DNA of 64,000 nt from Eggerthellaceae bacterium UBA5808 (GTDB taxonomy: Bacteria; Actinomycetota; Coriobacteriia; Coriobacteriales; Eggerthellaceae). Where the stretch lies: NCBI GenBank assembly GCA_002417975.1, contig DIDE01000061.1:828-64827 (forward strand), given 5' to 3'. Below the pieces are notes generated by a model. That model did not search any database. It worked only from the letters and a program-made list of their open reading frames with translations, and had not been told where the DNA came from. Position 1 is the stretch's first letter. Each line of letters begins with the position of its first letter. Both the position numbers and the translations under genes were made by a program. Positions 39,118 through 49,799 of the stretch are shown in pieces.

Positions 39118-40677
39118 ATGAATATACGTGCAGCTCGTGGCTTTAGAGCAGGTGTTTTATTCTGCTTGATGGCAGGGCTATGTATAGTTTCGATTTGTAT
39201 GCCTACTCAAGCATTTGCTGTAGTAAATCTGGGACAGGTTTCTATTTCGATGCCTGGGTATGCCTCGTTGACCGCAGGTGAAAGCGACACTATGTCGTGT
39301 GTGGTGTCGCCTATGTCGTCGTCGCAAATTCCAAACTGTGCAACTGATTATTGTCCAAGCGGATGCGAAGCGGTATCGGCAGGATGCCTGGATGCTTCTG
39401 GACAATGCACGTGCAACGGTGGCGGATACAGCACCTACTATTCTGCGGTAAACGTGTATTCAAGTAATCCCGGTGTCGCGCGCGCTTCATGGAATAACGG
39501 AACGTTATGCGTATCAACATATGCTGCTGGAACGGCTACGCTTACAGCGACTGCTTCGCTGCGTCTACATACTGACGCAACTGCATCTATGACGGTTGAC
39601 GTGGCGGAACCTGCAGCTGCGCCAGCGGCAAATGAAAATACCGTATCACCATCAGGTAATGCCACTGCAACAAACGAAACAGTTACGAGTGGTGGAGTAA
39701 CAAGTTCGCCAGTTTCTAGTAGTAGCGGCAGTGCGAATGTGTCAACAGGTGCTAATGCTGTTGTTGCTTCGATCGTTGGTAGTGCGGCGGGTATTGCGGT
39801 GGGCGACAACTCCGCATCGGGAGGACAGACGCTGGTAGCATCTCTTTCGGATGCGGATGTGTCGCCGAAAGATCTGATAGGTCAGGTTGCTGGTACCGCT
39901 GATCAAGTAATGTTTTGGGCGGGATCTGATGAAGCTGTTCCCGACTATATTTGGTATGCATCAGGAACCAAGATTACCGCAGCTCCAGAAAACGACGTGA
40001 ATCTGTCGGTTGTAGATGCAACGGCTTCGAATACGCAATTATCTGAATTGCTTAAAGGAAAAACGTACTGCTGCATGGATGCGAGTGCGTGTGGTATATT
40101 GCCAGGTCCTATGACGTTGCTGTGGCGAACGGCAAAAGTGTTTCCAAACGATACCTACGTAACGCTTTATTCCTACGACAGTTCAACGAACAAACTTACC
40201 CGCATCCAAAAAAATTTGCAGGCAAAGGATGGCTACGTTTCGTTTGAGGTGACCGAGGGTAAGGTATTTGTGCTGTCCGACGATCCTGATTTGGAATCGG
40301 CGGGAACGGTTGCCATGACTGATGTAGACACTATAGCTGATGATATGTCTGCGGAAGGAACAGGTTCTTCTGATAGTAATCAACCAAAGCAAACTACCCT
40401 GCTGCCTTGGGTTGTAGGCATAGGACTGGCAGTACTTATAGCCGCGATTGTATTTGGTATCTATCGTAAGCATCATCAAAAATCGGGCGAAACAAGCAAT
40501 GATGCTACATCGTCTTGTAATACTGCTGAAAGCAGAATAGACATAACAGAGGATAATAAGGTTGCAGACGGCAATACTAATGAAATCCTAGACGGATCAG
40601 CAGATACAACTCCTGATGAAACCGATGTTTCGCAAAGCTCCAAAGATGCACCGTCAACGATGAAAGGCGAAAAGTAA
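39118..40677 (+). CDS. Cys-rich Ig-like (Big_2-like) surface protein, C-terminal TM anchor (paralog 1)
   Basis: Signal peptide, 6-Cys module CATDYCPSGCEAVSAGCLDASGQCTC, SSNPGVARASWNNGTL...GTATLTATASL, and TM segment LLPWVVGIGLAVLIAAIVFGIY. Confidence 0.7.
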   Translation: MNIRAARGFRAGVLFCLMAGLCIVSICMPTQAFAVVNLGQVSISMPGYASLTAGESDTMSCVVSPMSSSQIPNCATDYCPSGCEAVSAGCLDASGQCTCNGGGYSTYYSAVNVYSSNPGVARASWNNGTLCVSTYAAGTATLTATASLRLHTDATASMTVDVAEPAAAPAANENTVSPSGNATATNETVTSGGVTSSPVSSSSGSANVSTGANAVVASIVGSAAGIAVGDNSASGGQTLVASLSDADVSPKDLIGQVAGTADQVMFWAGSDEAVPDYIWYASGTKITAAPENDVNLSVVDATASNTQLSELLKGKTYCCMDASACGILPGPMTLLWRTAKVFPNDTYVTLYSYDSSTNKLTRIQKNLQAKDGYVSFEVTEGKVFVLSDDPDLESAGTVAMTDVDTIADDMSAEGTGSSDSNQPKQTTLLPWVVGIGLAVLIAAIVFGIYRKHHQKSGETSNDATSSCNTAESRIDITEDNKVADGNTNEILDGSADTTPDETDVSQSSKDAPSTMKGEK

Positions 40678-42449
40678 TGAAAGTGAACGTATTAGGTCAC
40701 CGTAGAGCGGCCTTGTTTATGTTGTCTGCACTACTGGTAGTTGCGATGGCTTGTGTGGCGATGCCATCATCTGCATGGGCATACTATTCGTTGTCGCCAG
40801 TGGAAATTTACTTAGGTAGCAATTCGATATCCATGGGTGCTGGAGAATCTGCCAGCATTGGATGCGGACTCAGTATTGCCAGTGAAGAGCAAACAGTCGG
40901 CTGTGGTATGGCTGAATGTCCTCAAGGTTGCGGTGATTTAACGACACCTCAGGGAGTAAAAGGCGGATGTGCCGATGTAAATGGCTGGTGTACTTGTATG
41001 GGCACGGCGTATTCCGCATATGGCACAAATGTTGCTGTGTATTCTGATAATCCAGGTGTCGCGCGTGCAAGCTATAGCAATGGCGTTTTGAATGTAACAA
41101 GTTATGGTGCGGGATCGGCAACACTCACGGTGAGCGCTACACTGCAGCAACACAATGATGCTGCTGCGTACGTAACGGTAGATGTTTCTGACAATAATGC
41201 ATCGTCTGGTGGCTCAGGCAATTCGGGTGGCTCGGGCTCATATTCAGGTGGATCCACGACGGTTGTTCCCACAGATTCAGTTTCGGGTGGATCGGGTGCG
41301 GCGGCTTCTAATGGTGCCTCATCAGGTGCGGTTGCTGTAAATCCTTCGGGGTCTGTTGCCGTGTCTGCCACGGGCGTGCCAGCTGCTGCTGCGGCAGTTG
41401 CTGCTACAGACGAAAAGAATGAGAAAGTAGTAGAAGCCGCTGATGGTACAAAGGCGCTGATTGTCCAGGCAAACGCAGCGGCAAATTGTGCCGAAGAACT
41501 TTCCCAAATTGCCGGTACCGAGGGAACATGCACATTCTGGACGGGTGCGAGTTCCGACAAGCCTGATATTTCTTGGACTTTTAAAGGAACCGATTTGGAC
41601 CCTGACGGAGATCTGAATATGGATCTGGGCGTAACGGTATCAGAAAAAGGTACCGGCACGGTGGCGGATGTGCTTGCAAACGCAAAGGATTCGCTCGTTA
41701 TGGATTGGCAGCAGGAAGGACCGCTGCCTGGTAAGGCGAGCGTATATGTGCGCACCGCAGGCAAATATGCTGATGGCACGACGTTGTCGTTGTTCTGCTT
41801 TAACAAAGATACGGGTAAGTTTGAGCTGCAGAAAAGTGGCATAACTGTCACAAGCGGGTATGCATCATTCGACATGGATCATTGCAGTACATGGGCGCTT
41901 TCCACCGATGATCTGACTAAATATTCAGCCTCTACGTTGGATTCGTCGAATGCAGGCGATCAAAAAGATTCAGTACTAGAAGATATCGCACACGTTAATA
42001 CCGAAGGTGCAACGGATGGGCTACCTGTTGCTGCCATTGTTGCTCTTATTATCGCTGCGCTCGCGGTAATAGCTATCATCATCGCTGTTGTGCTGCGCAA
42101 GCGTAATGCGCGTGCCATCGAGCCCGATACATTGAGTGATACAACCGATGATGCTGCTGTAGTCGATAGTAAAGCGGCCGTATCCGATACCGATGCCGAT
42201 ATGATCGATAGTGCTGATGCTGATAGTGATGTCGATGGAGAAGCTAGTTCGTTAACTGAGGGTGCCGATAGCGATTTATCCGCTGATAGTGAAATTGCGG
42301 ACGAATCTGAAGATCAAACTAAAGCTGAATCTGCCGGTACATCCGAAGACGAATTCGAACCTGAAGACAAACCTGAATCAGATGATACATCCAAGGATGA
42401 ATCTGATGAGAGCGCAGCAACCGATGTCGCAAAGGACGACAAAGCATAA
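40677..42449 (+). CDS. Cys-rich Ig-like surface protein, TM anchor plus acidic tail (paralog 2)
   Basis: CGMAECPQGCGDLTTPQGVKGGCADVNGWCTC and SDNPGVARASYSNGVL...GSATLTVSATL. The start overlaps the previous stop (TAATG). Confidence 0.7.
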   Translation: MKVNVLGHRRAALFMLSALLVVAMACVAMPSSAWAYYSLSPVEIYLGSNSISMGAGESASIGCGLSIASEEQTVGCGMAECPQGCGDLTTPQGVKGGCADVNGWCTCMGTAYSAYGTNVAVYSDNPGVARASYSNGVLNVTSYGAGSATLTVSATLQQHNDAAAYVTVDVSDNNASSGGSGNSGGSGSYSGGSTTVVPTDSVSGGSGAAASNGASSGAVAVNPSGSVAVSATGVPAAAAAVAATDEKNEKVVEAADGTKALIVQANAAANCAEELSQIAGTEGTCTFWTGASSDKPDISWTFKGTDLDPDGDLNMDLGVTVSEKGTGTVADVLANAKDSLVMDWQQEGPLPGKASVYVRTAGKYADGTTLSLFCFNKDTGKFELQKSGITVTSGYASFDMDHCSTWALSTDDLTKYSASTLDSSNAGDQKDSVLEDIAHVNTEGATDGLPVAAIVALIIAALAVIAIIIAVVLRKRNARAIEPDTLSDTTDDAAVVDSKAAVSDTDADMIDSADADSDVDGEASSLTEGADSDLSADSEIADESEDQTKAESAGTSEDEFEPEDKPESDDTSKDESDESAATDVAKDDKA

Positions 42450-42466
42450 TCGAAATACACGGAAGG

Positions 42467-43156
42467 GTGGGGACTTTGAATAGGTGCATTTCTTATACAC
42501 GCAGACGCGCGCAGCTTTTGCTGCGATGCGTCGCGGTGTGTCTTGTTATGGTCTGGGCGATTGCGAGCCCCACCTCGTCAATCGCTTGGGCCGCCACAAA
42601 AATAGTGGGTGATCTATCTCTTGATGCGCCCGAGCATATAGATCTTGCATGCATCGATATGATTGCATTGCCGGTGAACACCGATCCTGATTCCATCCAG
42701 ACAGGTGTCCCTTGCGGGATGCTTGAGATGTGTGGTCAGGATCCGTGTTTATGCGGCTCAGTTGATAGCTATGGCGCGTGTGCATGTAATGGGCTGCAGA
42801 CGACAAAACCCGATATCAAAGCAGTGTCGGATGATCAATCCCTTGTACATATTGTGCAAGTTTTCGGAAAGCCTTACCTAGTAGTAACAGGGACAGGTTC
42901 AACAACTATTCACGTTGATGCTTCGCTTATTCATTACAATTCCGCATCATGTGATATTCAAGTACAGACGGCGGCGTTTTCTCCGTTTGATATGGCAAAG
43001 ATACTTGTTGCTTTAGGGGTGCTGGCCGTCGCTGTCTTTCTGGCGATTACCCTTATTCGTCTTGTGATGCATGTATTTAAAAAGGTAACAACATCGATCG
43101 TGCGTCACTCGCGCGCACGCGGTGATACGAACAAAGAAAGATTGGATAGGAAATGA
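42467..43156 (+). CDS. Short Cys-rich Ig-like membrane-anchored protein (paralog 3)
   Basis: PCGMLEMCGQDPCLCGSVDSYGACAC, ...GTGSTTIHVDASL and a C-terminal TM segment. TTG at 42476 is better spaced from the GGAAGG RBS than GTG at 42467. Confidence 0.65.
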   Translation: MGTLNRCISYTRRRAQLLLRCVAVCLVMVWAIASPTSSIAWAATKIVGDLSLDAPEHIDLACIDMIALPVNTDPDSIQTGVPCGMLEMCGQDPCLCGSVDSYGACACNGLQTTKPDIKAVSDDQSLVHIVQVFGKPYLVVTGTGSTTIHVDASLIHYNSASCDIQVQTAAFSPFDMAKILVALGVLAVAVFLAITLIRLVMHVFKKVTTSIVRHSRARGDTNKERLDRK

Positions 43157-43590
43157 AAAAGAAAAAGTGGGACGTTATTTCGATCGTGCTCGTCGTTCTA
43201 TCTTTGGTGGCGACAATTTGCGCGTTTGCTTTAGGTGGATGCAGTACCTGTGTGGAAACCGCAGCTGGTGGCTGCGTTCCTATGAAATGTCATTGGACAT
43301 TTATAGCTGTTGGGCTCATTCAGATTATGGCTATTGCGGCAGCAGGCATGGGATTTACGACGCCGGGTGTACACGGTAGACGGGTATGTACCGCAATGGT
43401 TGTTTTGGTAAACGTAATTGGGCTGTTTGCATTTTACGGACCGCTTATGGGATTGTGCACTAACGCCGATATGCCATGTCATATGCATGCGCTTGTGGTC
43501 AGTGTGCTGCAAATTATTTCATTGGTCGTAGCGATTTATGCGTTCTTCGCGTGCAGCCCCTCTCAGAAAAAACCTAAAAAGGAAATGTAG
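43153..43590 (+). CDS. DUF4418-like small Cys/His-rich membrane protein
   Basis: 145 aa, about 4 TM segments, with CSTCVETAAGGCVPMKCHWT and MPCHMH. ATGA overlap with the upstream stop. Precedes an FtsX permease, as is typical for the family. Confidence 0.6.
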   Translation: MKKKKWDVISIVLVVLSLVATICAFALGGCSTCVETAAGGCVPMKCHWTFIAVGLIQIMAIAAAGMGFTTPGVHGRRVCTAMVVLVNVIGLFAFYGPLMGLCTNADMPCHMHALVVSVLQIISLVVAIYAFFACSPSQKKPKKEM

Positions 43591-43596
43591 GATCTT

Positions 43597-44838
43597 ATGT
43601 TCGAGCTGATCAAACATAGTTTAGGGATGCGTACAACTCAGTCGATCGCCACGCTCGTCACTGTGGCTCTCACCGTGGCGGTGCTGATGGCACTGGCGTT
43701 GACGTCCATTGGAGTTACGCAAGGTATACAAAAAAGTCAGCAACGCTACGGTGCAGACTTGATGGTGATACCGGCGGACGCCGCCTCGAGTTTGGACGAA
43801 ACATCCTTTTTGTTTACTGGCAGTCCCGTGGGTATGTATATGTCTGCATCCGTGCAGGATCAGGTTGCAGCTACCGAAGGTGTGGGTGCTACGACCGCGC
43901 AGTTCTTTGGGCAAACGCTTAACGCCAGCTGTTGTTCGGCATCGTCTCCTTCGCGTTTGATTGGCTACGATGCTCAAAGCGATTGGGTCATAAGTCCGTG
44001 GACCGATCTAGCTAAAGGGCAAAAGCTTGAAGAAGGACAAATCATAATAGGGTCCAATTTAGCAGGGGATTTTCCTAACAAACAAGGTAAGGTGCTGGGG
44101 CATCCCGTTACTGTGGCATCGGTGATGGATCAGACGGGAACCGATTTAGATGGATCGATTCTTATGGATATTGACACCGTGCGTGCTTACACGGCAGCAA
44201 CTGATAATTTTGCTGACACATGGGAACGCTACGGCGATCCATCTACGTTGGTGTCGAGTGTAATGGTAAAAGTTGACGATTCCTACGTTGCGGGCACATG
44301 TGGTGGATCGCGTGAAGATGCTATCGCTGCGGTGGCGGAACACCTGTCCCATATAGATGGTGTAAGTGTTATCCAAAGCAGCAAAGTGATTGATCAGGTG
44401 CAAGGAAACTTAACCTCGATGTTTACCATCATGGCAGGCGCGGCGCTCCTTTTAGCTATCGCATCGATCGTGCAGATATTTACACGCTTTTACACCGTTG
44501 CCTGGGATAGGCGTGCAGAGATTGCATTGTATCGTGCGGTTGGCGCTTCCAAACGTGATATTCGGACACTTATTGGCGGCGAGGCAGCAGTACTTATTGG
44601 TGGCGGACTTGTAGCCGGTTGTGTCTTGGGCGTAGGCATATATCTGCTGGTGCCGTCGCTGTTGGCAAGTAGCGGATCGTTTCCTTATTTGGCGCCTGGA
44701 CCACTTGCGTGGGTTGGTGTGATTTTGAGACTAGCTATGTTGTTTGCTGTTGTTGGCATGCTAGCCGTGATAGTTCCTGTTCGTCGTGCAAATCGTATCG
44801 ATCCATCTGCAGCAATGCAGATGGGCGACATAGATTGA
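43597..44838 (+). CDS. MacB/FtsX-family ABC transporter permease
   Basis: 413 aa: an N-terminal TM segment, a large extracytoplasmic domain, then a C-terminal 3-TM FtsX domain (YRAVGASKRDI...). Confidence 0.8.
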   Translation: MFELIKHSLGMRTTQSIATLVTVALTVAVLMALALTSIGVTQGIQKSQQRYGADLMVIPADAASSLDETSFLFTGSPVGMYMSASVQDQVAATEGVGATTAQFFGQTLNASCCSASSPSRLIGYDAQSDWVISPWTDLAKGQKLEEGQIIIGSNLAGDFPNKQGKVLGHPVTVASVMDQTGTDLDGSILMDIDTVRAYTAATDNFADTWERYGDPSTLVSSVMVKVDDSYVAGTCGGSREDAIAAVAEHLSHIDGVSVIQSSKVIDQVQGNLTSMFTIMAGAALLLAIASIVQIFTRFYTVAWDRRAEIALYRAVGASKRDIRTLIGGEAAVLIGGGLVAGCVLGVGIYLLVPSLLASSGSFPYLAPGPLAWVGVILRLAMLFAVVGMLAVIVPVRRANRIDPSAAMQMGDID

Positions 44839-44849
44839 GAAGGTGCTTC

Positions 44850-45557
44850 ATGCTACTCGAATGTGACAAGGTTAGTAAAACGTACGACGGTCAGACGGTT
44901 TTAGTTCGTATAGATATGCAGGTTAATGCTGGAGAATCCGTTGCGCTTGTCGGCGCATCGGGTGAGGGAAAATCTACGCTTCTTTCCATTGCGGGTTTGC
45001 TGTTGGCGCCGAGCGCGGGACGTGTGACGGTGGATGGAAAAGGCATCGAGCGTCTCAATGATGTGGAACTATCAGCATTGCGTGCTCAGGCGTTTGGCTT
45101 TGTATTCCAACATAACCAACTTATTGGATCGTTGCGAGCTTTGGACAATGTGCTGGTGCCATCGTGCTTTGCGTATCAAGGTGATTGCCAAAAGCGTGCG
45201 TTGGCATTGATGAAGGAATTCGGTTTAGAGGACCGTCTATGGCACTACCCACATCAGCTTTCGGTAGGACAAAAGCGGCGCGTGGCGTTGGCGCGTGCGA
45301 TGTTGCTTTCGCCCAAGATAATCATTGCCGATGAGCCGACTAATGATCTTGATCCAGTAACGGGGCGTGTGGTCATTAATGAACTTTTGAATTATCCGGA
45401 CAAAAAGCATGCGGTGATCTACGCCACTCACGATATGGCGATGGCACGTCGTGCGGATCGAATACTCCATTTACATAATGGCAAGATCGAGCAGATTTCC
45501 GAAGATCAACTGGCCCATGTGTTTGAGTGTGAAGAAAAGGAGGAGGCCGGAGCATGA
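44850..45557 (+). CDS. ABC transporter ATP-binding protein (MacB/LolD-type)
   Basis: Walker A GASGEGKSTLL, signature LSVGQKRRVALARA and Walker B IIADEPTNDLD. ATG at 44850; the upstream part of the ORF overlaps the permease. Confidence 0.9.
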   Translation: MLLECDKVSKTYDGQTVLVRIDMQVNAGESVALVGASGEGKSTLLSIAGLLLAPSAGRVTVDGKGIERLNDVELSALRAQAFGFVFQHNQLIGSLRALDNVLVPSCFAYQGDCQKRALALMKEFGLEDRLWHYPHQLSVGQKRRVALARAMLLSPKIIIADEPTNDLDPVTGRVVINELLNYPDKKHAVIYATHDMAMARRADRILHLHNGKIEQISEDQLAHVFECEEKEEAGA

Positions 45558-46288
45558 TTGATATTCGTAATGTGACCAAGCGCTATGGCAAGTTCACCGC
45601 AATTCATGACATTAGTCTTAAAGCTGATGATTCCAGCGTGTATGGTTTGGTTGGATACAACGGGGCGGGCAAGACAACCTTACTTAAAACCGTTGCAGGA
45701 GTATATTTACCCGACGAAGGCGAAGTACTTGTGGACGGAACGAGTGCACATGTCGGGCGTACACCCGAGAGAACACCGTTTATTGTGGCTGATGAACCGT
45801 TCTTTTTGCCGCAAGCAACGCCGGATTCTATGCGCAGCTTTTATGCGGGATATTATCCTGATTGGTCGGATGCTACCTACGAGAATCTTATGAAACTGTT
45901 TGGGCTTGATAGGCGTGCGCGCATATCGGGATATTCAAAAGGAATGCAGCGCCAGACGGCTATATTGCTTGGTTTGTCGACCGGCGCAAAGTCGTTGTTG
46001 CTGGATGAAAGTTTTGATGGACTCGATTTATCCAAGCGTATTTTACTCAAACGGTTGCTGCGTAAATATGCAGAAGTACGCGGTGCCGCGGTGATTTTGT
46101 CATCGCATAATCTGCGCGAATTAGAAGATGTGGCCGATCGCATCGGTATGATCGAAGATCGGCAATTGGTTTTTGACGAGACCGTCGATGATCTTCATGC
46201 AAACAATCCAGGTCGCACGCTCGAGCAAATATTCCTCGACGAAAGAGAGGTGGGCGACCTTGACATCGACTCGATTTTCATCTGGTAA
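45554..46288 (+). CDS. ABC transporter ATP-binding protein (ABC-2 type)
   Basis: Walker A GYNGAGKTTLL, signature YSKGMQRQ and Walker B LLLDESFDGLD. ATGA overlap with the upstream stop. Confidence 0.9.
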   Translation: MIDIRNVTKRYGKFTAIHDISLKADDSSVYGLVGYNGAGKTTLLKTVAGVYLPDEGEVLVDGTSAHVGRTPERTPFIVADEPFFLPQATPDSMRSFYAGYYPDWSDATYENLMKLFGLDRRARISGYSKGMQRQTAILLGLSTGAKSLLLDESFDGLDLSKRILLKRLLRKYAEVRGAAVILSSHNLRELEDVADRIGMIEDRQLVFDETVDDLHANNPGRTLEQIFLDEREVGDLDIDSIFIW

Positions 46289-48803
46289 ACGTAAGCGCGG
46301 TGGGCTTTCGAAGCCGCAAGATATAGAAGCAGAAGAAGAGCTTTGCGAACAAGATGCTACTACGGCGAAAGAGGAGAAGCCTGCTGCTGCGTCAGGGACT
46401 GCACGTAAAAGCGGATCGCCGGTTGCGTCTGTTACAAATAAGAAATCTGTCTCTAGCTTAAGCGGTAAGACTTCCAAGAAAGCTGCCGCAAAACTAACCA
46501 AGACTTCCAAGAAACTTACCAGTGTTCCCAAGGCGGTGCAGCCCGCACCTCGGCGTAAAGGGACGCGTAGCAATTCATCGCTTACAAGGCACGATTTTGG
46601 TGTGGCGTTTCGCATGGTGCTGCCTGTACTGATTGCAGCGTTGGCTGTGTTTATCGTCTTAATGCCGGTATCCACTGCAGCTATTCCTGATACGTCAGTT
46701 TTTAACTTGGACTATACACACGACCAGCTTAAATGGCGTTTTTGGGCGACCGATATGTTATATCCGGTTTACGCTTGTACAGTGTTGTTCGGCATAGTAC
46801 TTGGTGTACGTAGTTTTAGCTTCCTGTTGGTAAAATGCCAGACGACAACCTTTTTAAGTTTGCCACTTAGTCGCCTAACACTTTTTTCAACGCGTGCTGC
46901 TGCATGTTTACTGTCGTTGATCGTTGGCATTGGTGTGCCATTGGCGATTTCGCTGGCGGTAAATGTTGCAGCGCTGGGTGTGTGGCCAGGAATCTTTGGT
47001 GATTTTTTCTATGTGTTCGCTGGGCTCGTACTAACGGGCGCGGTGGCTTGCATCGCAAGTATTTTGTGCTGCACGTTGGCGGGTACCGTAGTGGAAGCAT
47101 GCGCATTTACGATAGCGTTACTTGGAGTAGTGAGCGTCGGCGCTTGGGGATTAAATGCGCTGATGGATTACTTGCTCGTAGGCAATGCATTTGGAGAATT
47201 TTTATACAACGGCACTACCTCAGTTGCGCCAACGCTTTTGGAATCGACCGAATCGTTTAATCCGCTGCTGTTCTTCTTGGGACAGGCGTCTGCCCATTCG
47301 ACCTTTATGGTTCAGCATCCCGTGTATTATCCAACGGATGGTAATTGGGCGTTCCTTGGTGCGTGGCTGCTCGTTTTGCTCGTGGTTGCAGCGCTGAGTG
47401 CGTATGCGCTTATTCGTCGCAAAGGCGAACGTGCAGGTGTTGCGGGGCTGTGCATACCCATGACTTTTTTGGTGGGGCTGGTTGTAGGATTGGCAGCATT
47501 TGGTGCTACGTTTACCGCGTTAGCGCAGGTAAATGTCGTTGCCGCATGTGTGGCTGCCTTCGGAGCATTTTTGGTAGTGTCGGCGATTTTATTCCGCGGG
47601 CCACTTAAAGGTGTGACGCATCTGCGTACAACGCTTGGTGTAATGGGCGCAGAAGCGTGTTGCTTGGGTGCAGCGGTAGCTATTGTAGCAACGGGTGGAT
47701 TGGGCTATAGCTCGTATGTTCCCAATGATGATCAAGTTGCTTCTGTAGATGTGAGCTATGCGGGATCTCCTGACTATTTAGCGGTAAAGTTTGATTCTGC
47801 CTCGTCGGGGGCTGGATCGTACTACTATTCTGCGACGTATTCGCTTGACGATGCGACAAGCATTCATACAGTAACGGACGTCCATGGGCAGTTGGTACGT
47901 ACGGGAAAAGCTACGTGGAAACGTGACGCTAAAGATTTTGGCAACACCGTGGTTCCTTACGACGTTAAGATTAGCTACACCATGAAAGATGGATCGCAGG
48001 CAGTGCGCTACTTTGATTGCGCCACCTACGACGAACTCTATGCGTTAACGGGTTTGGATGACTCCAGCACCGTTAAAGAACTTGAGCGTGCGAGCGTGTC
48101 GAGCGATATAAGTAATGTAACGAGCGATCAGGCTTCGGCGTTGAACTATTCCAGCGCTCATCAGGCGTATCTTAATGGCACCGTATACTTGAGCGACCCA
48201 TATTATGCATCGTCAGTTAAGTTGTCATGTACGGCCGAGGCGCGGACGCAGTTATTGGCGGCGTTGGCCGAAGATGCGGCGAACCAAACGCGCGAAGATC
48301 GCTATCACCCATCGGGTGTTGCACGTGGCGTACTCATGTTTACGCAGGCAGGGGATACGGATGCACAGAGTTTTTCGTATTCGCTCTCGAACAATGTGAT
48401 CTATTTGACTGATCAATACACGCATACGCTCAAATGGATGGAAGACAATGGCGTTGCAAAGTATTTGTCGTCTGCTGATTCTTCGGTCATCGAAAGTCTG
48501 ACTTTCCAGCGCTACGATCCCTATTCGGGTATGAATGCGGTGAAGTCGCCCGAGAGTGTGCTATTTAAGGGATACCGGATGTCCAACAATTCTCACTATA
48601 TTGTTACGCAAGATTTCGGGACCAAATATTCTACGAACGATGCAAGCGAACTTGCCCAAATTGTGCCGCACTTGCGCAACACATACTTTATGAACACGGG
48701 CGGATATTTGGTGTGTGCAAAATTGGGCGGCGTGAATTCGTATGCGTACTTTTTCTTGCCTGACACTGATGTGCCTGAGTGGCTGTTGCGTGTGGCTGGA
48801 TAG
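46173..48803 (+). CDS. Large polytopic membrane protein with a Lys-rich N-terminal tail and a ~380-aa C-terminal extracytoplasmic domain (putative ABC-2 partner)
   Basis: 876-aa ORF with about 10 TM segments in the middle. The start is uncertain: candidates are ATG 46173/46188/46197 or TTG 46260, which has a GAGAGG RBS. Each candidate overlaps the upstream ATPase gene. Confidence 0.65.
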   Translation: MTRPSMIFMQTIQVARSSKYSSTKERWATLTSTRFSSGKRKRGGLSKPQDIEAEEELCEQDATTAKEEKPAAASGTARKSGSPVASVTNKKSVSSLSGKTSKKAAAKLTKTSKKLTSVPKAVQPAPRRKGTRSNSSLTRHDFGVAFRMVLPVLIAALAVFIVLMPVSTAAIPDTSVFNLDYTHDQLKWRFWATDMLYPVYACTVLFGIVLGVRSFSFLLVKCQTTTFLSLPLSRLTLFSTRAAACLLSLIVGIGVPLAISLAVNVAALGVWPGIFGDFFYVFAGLVLTGAVACIASILCCTLAGTVVEACAFTIALLGVVSVGAWGLNALMDYLLVGNAFGEFLYNGTTSVAPTLLESTESFNPLLFFLGQASAHSTFMVQHPVYYPTDGNWAFLGAWLLVLLVVAALSAYALIRRKGERAGVAGLCIPMTFLVGLVVGLAAFGATFTALAQVNVVAACVAAFGAFLVVSAILFRGPLKGVTHLRTTLGVMGAEACCLGAAVAIVATGGLGYSSYVPNDDQVASVDVSYAGSPDYLAVKFDSASSGAGSYYYSATYSLDDATSIHTVTDVHGQLVRTGKATWKRDAKDFGNTVVPYDVKISYTMKDGSQAVRYFDCATYDELYALTGLDDSSTVKELERASVSSDISNVTSDQASALNYSSAHQAYLNGTVYLSDPYYASSVKLSCTAEARTQLLAALAEDAANQTREDRYHPSGVARGVLMFTQAGDTDAQSFSYSLSNNVIYLTDQYTHTLKWMEDNGVAKYLSSADSSVIESLTFQRYDPYSGMNAVKSPESVLFKGYRMSNNSHYIVTQDFGTKYSTNDASELAQIVPHLRNTYFMNTGGYLVCAKLGGVNSYAYFFLPDTDVPEWLLRVAG

Positions 48804-48812
48804 AGGCAGACG

Positions 48813-49799
48813 ATGATTATAGACGAGAACATGAGTATAGATGCACGTGACAGCGTATGTGACAGCGTATGTGACAACGTAGGGAAAAGCCGTTGTCGGT
48901 TGGCTGGCGTTTGCATTGTGATCGCGGTTGCACTGTGTGTCTTGTGCAGCACGCTGTGCTGCGCGGGGTGCGGCGTTGCGACAGGAAAAGTGAGCGACGC
49001 GTCCCCTACCTGCGTTGATGCGCAGGTTACAAGTGGAAGCGATCTAACGGAGTCGGGTCAGTATGCAGAGGTCCGTTTAAAATTTGATGCACCAGTGAGC
49101 GCGGACAATGATGTGTCGAGTGATTTTACGGTAAGGCTTAACGATGCGCCGATTGATACAAAAACTATTGTTGAGTCAGCGCGCGTTGATAACGGAGACG
49201 TGGTAGTTCGTTTGCAGCCGAGCGATGCTGCTTCGGGTAAAGATTCGTCCGTATATTTTGCGCTCTATCAGGGGCAGCTTTCCGTTTGTGCATCCGACGC
49301 ATCGGGTGCGTTGCCTCATGTGCTAGCTGCTAACGGTGAGCAAGGGTCGAGTGCGGTATGTGCGCGCATGAATCAGCGCGTGAGCTTTACGGTTCCATCA
49401 GGTGTAGCAATTTCGGTGGTAGAACGTGTTCCTGGCGATGCGGCGAGTGGAACGTGCGCATGTACGGTGTGCAAGGTCGACCAATTTGCTCAGTTGCGTT
49501 GTGTTATGTGGTTGGGATTATCAACGAATGGTGATGTGCCGTGTAATGAATATGGTATGGCGGATTATGGTGCCGACGACATGGAAAATGGCACGCTGAC
49601 GTTTAAACATAACCATTTATTTATGCGTGATACACAACGTGAATGTGCAACTGACCTGGCTCAAGTTATTCAAAATGCATGGCCGGATACGGTAACCGCA
49701 ACATCTTCGGGAGATACGATCACGCTGACGGCAACGCATGCGGTGGATGGCGAAGTGCTAATGCCCGTTATATTCGAAGGGCGGTATGCCGATGAATAA
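48813..49799 (+). CDS. Putative lipoprotein/secreted protein, function unknown
   Basis: Hydrophobic signal ending LCCAGCG (lipobox-like). No recognised domain. The 3' end overlaps the FecCD permease start. Confidence 0.6.
   Translation: MIIDENMSIDARDSVCDSVCDNVGKSRCRLAGVCIVIAVALCVLCSTLCCAGCGVATGKVSDASPTCVDAQVTSGSDLTESGQYAEVRLKFDAPVSADNDVSSDFTVRLNDAPIDTKTIVESARVDNGDVVVRLQPSDAASGKDSSVYFALYQGQLSVCASDASGALPHVLAANGEQGSSAVCARMNQRVSFTVPSGVAISVVERVPGDAASGTCACTVCKVDQFAQLRCVMWLGLSTNGDVPCNEYGMADYGADDMENGTLTFKHNHLFMRDTQRECATDLAQVIQNAWPDTVTATSSGDTITLTATHAVDGEVLMPVIFEGRYADE

Noticed and set aside
41102-41875. 257-aa minus-strand ORF inside Cys-rich paralog 2. Similar shadow ORFs occur at 39438-39809, 46121-46675, 50284-50643 and 51416-52080.
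   Set aside because: These are typical antisense shadow ORFs in locally GC-rich coding DNA. The sense-strand proteins have signal peptides, TM segments or ABC motifs, whereas these have none.
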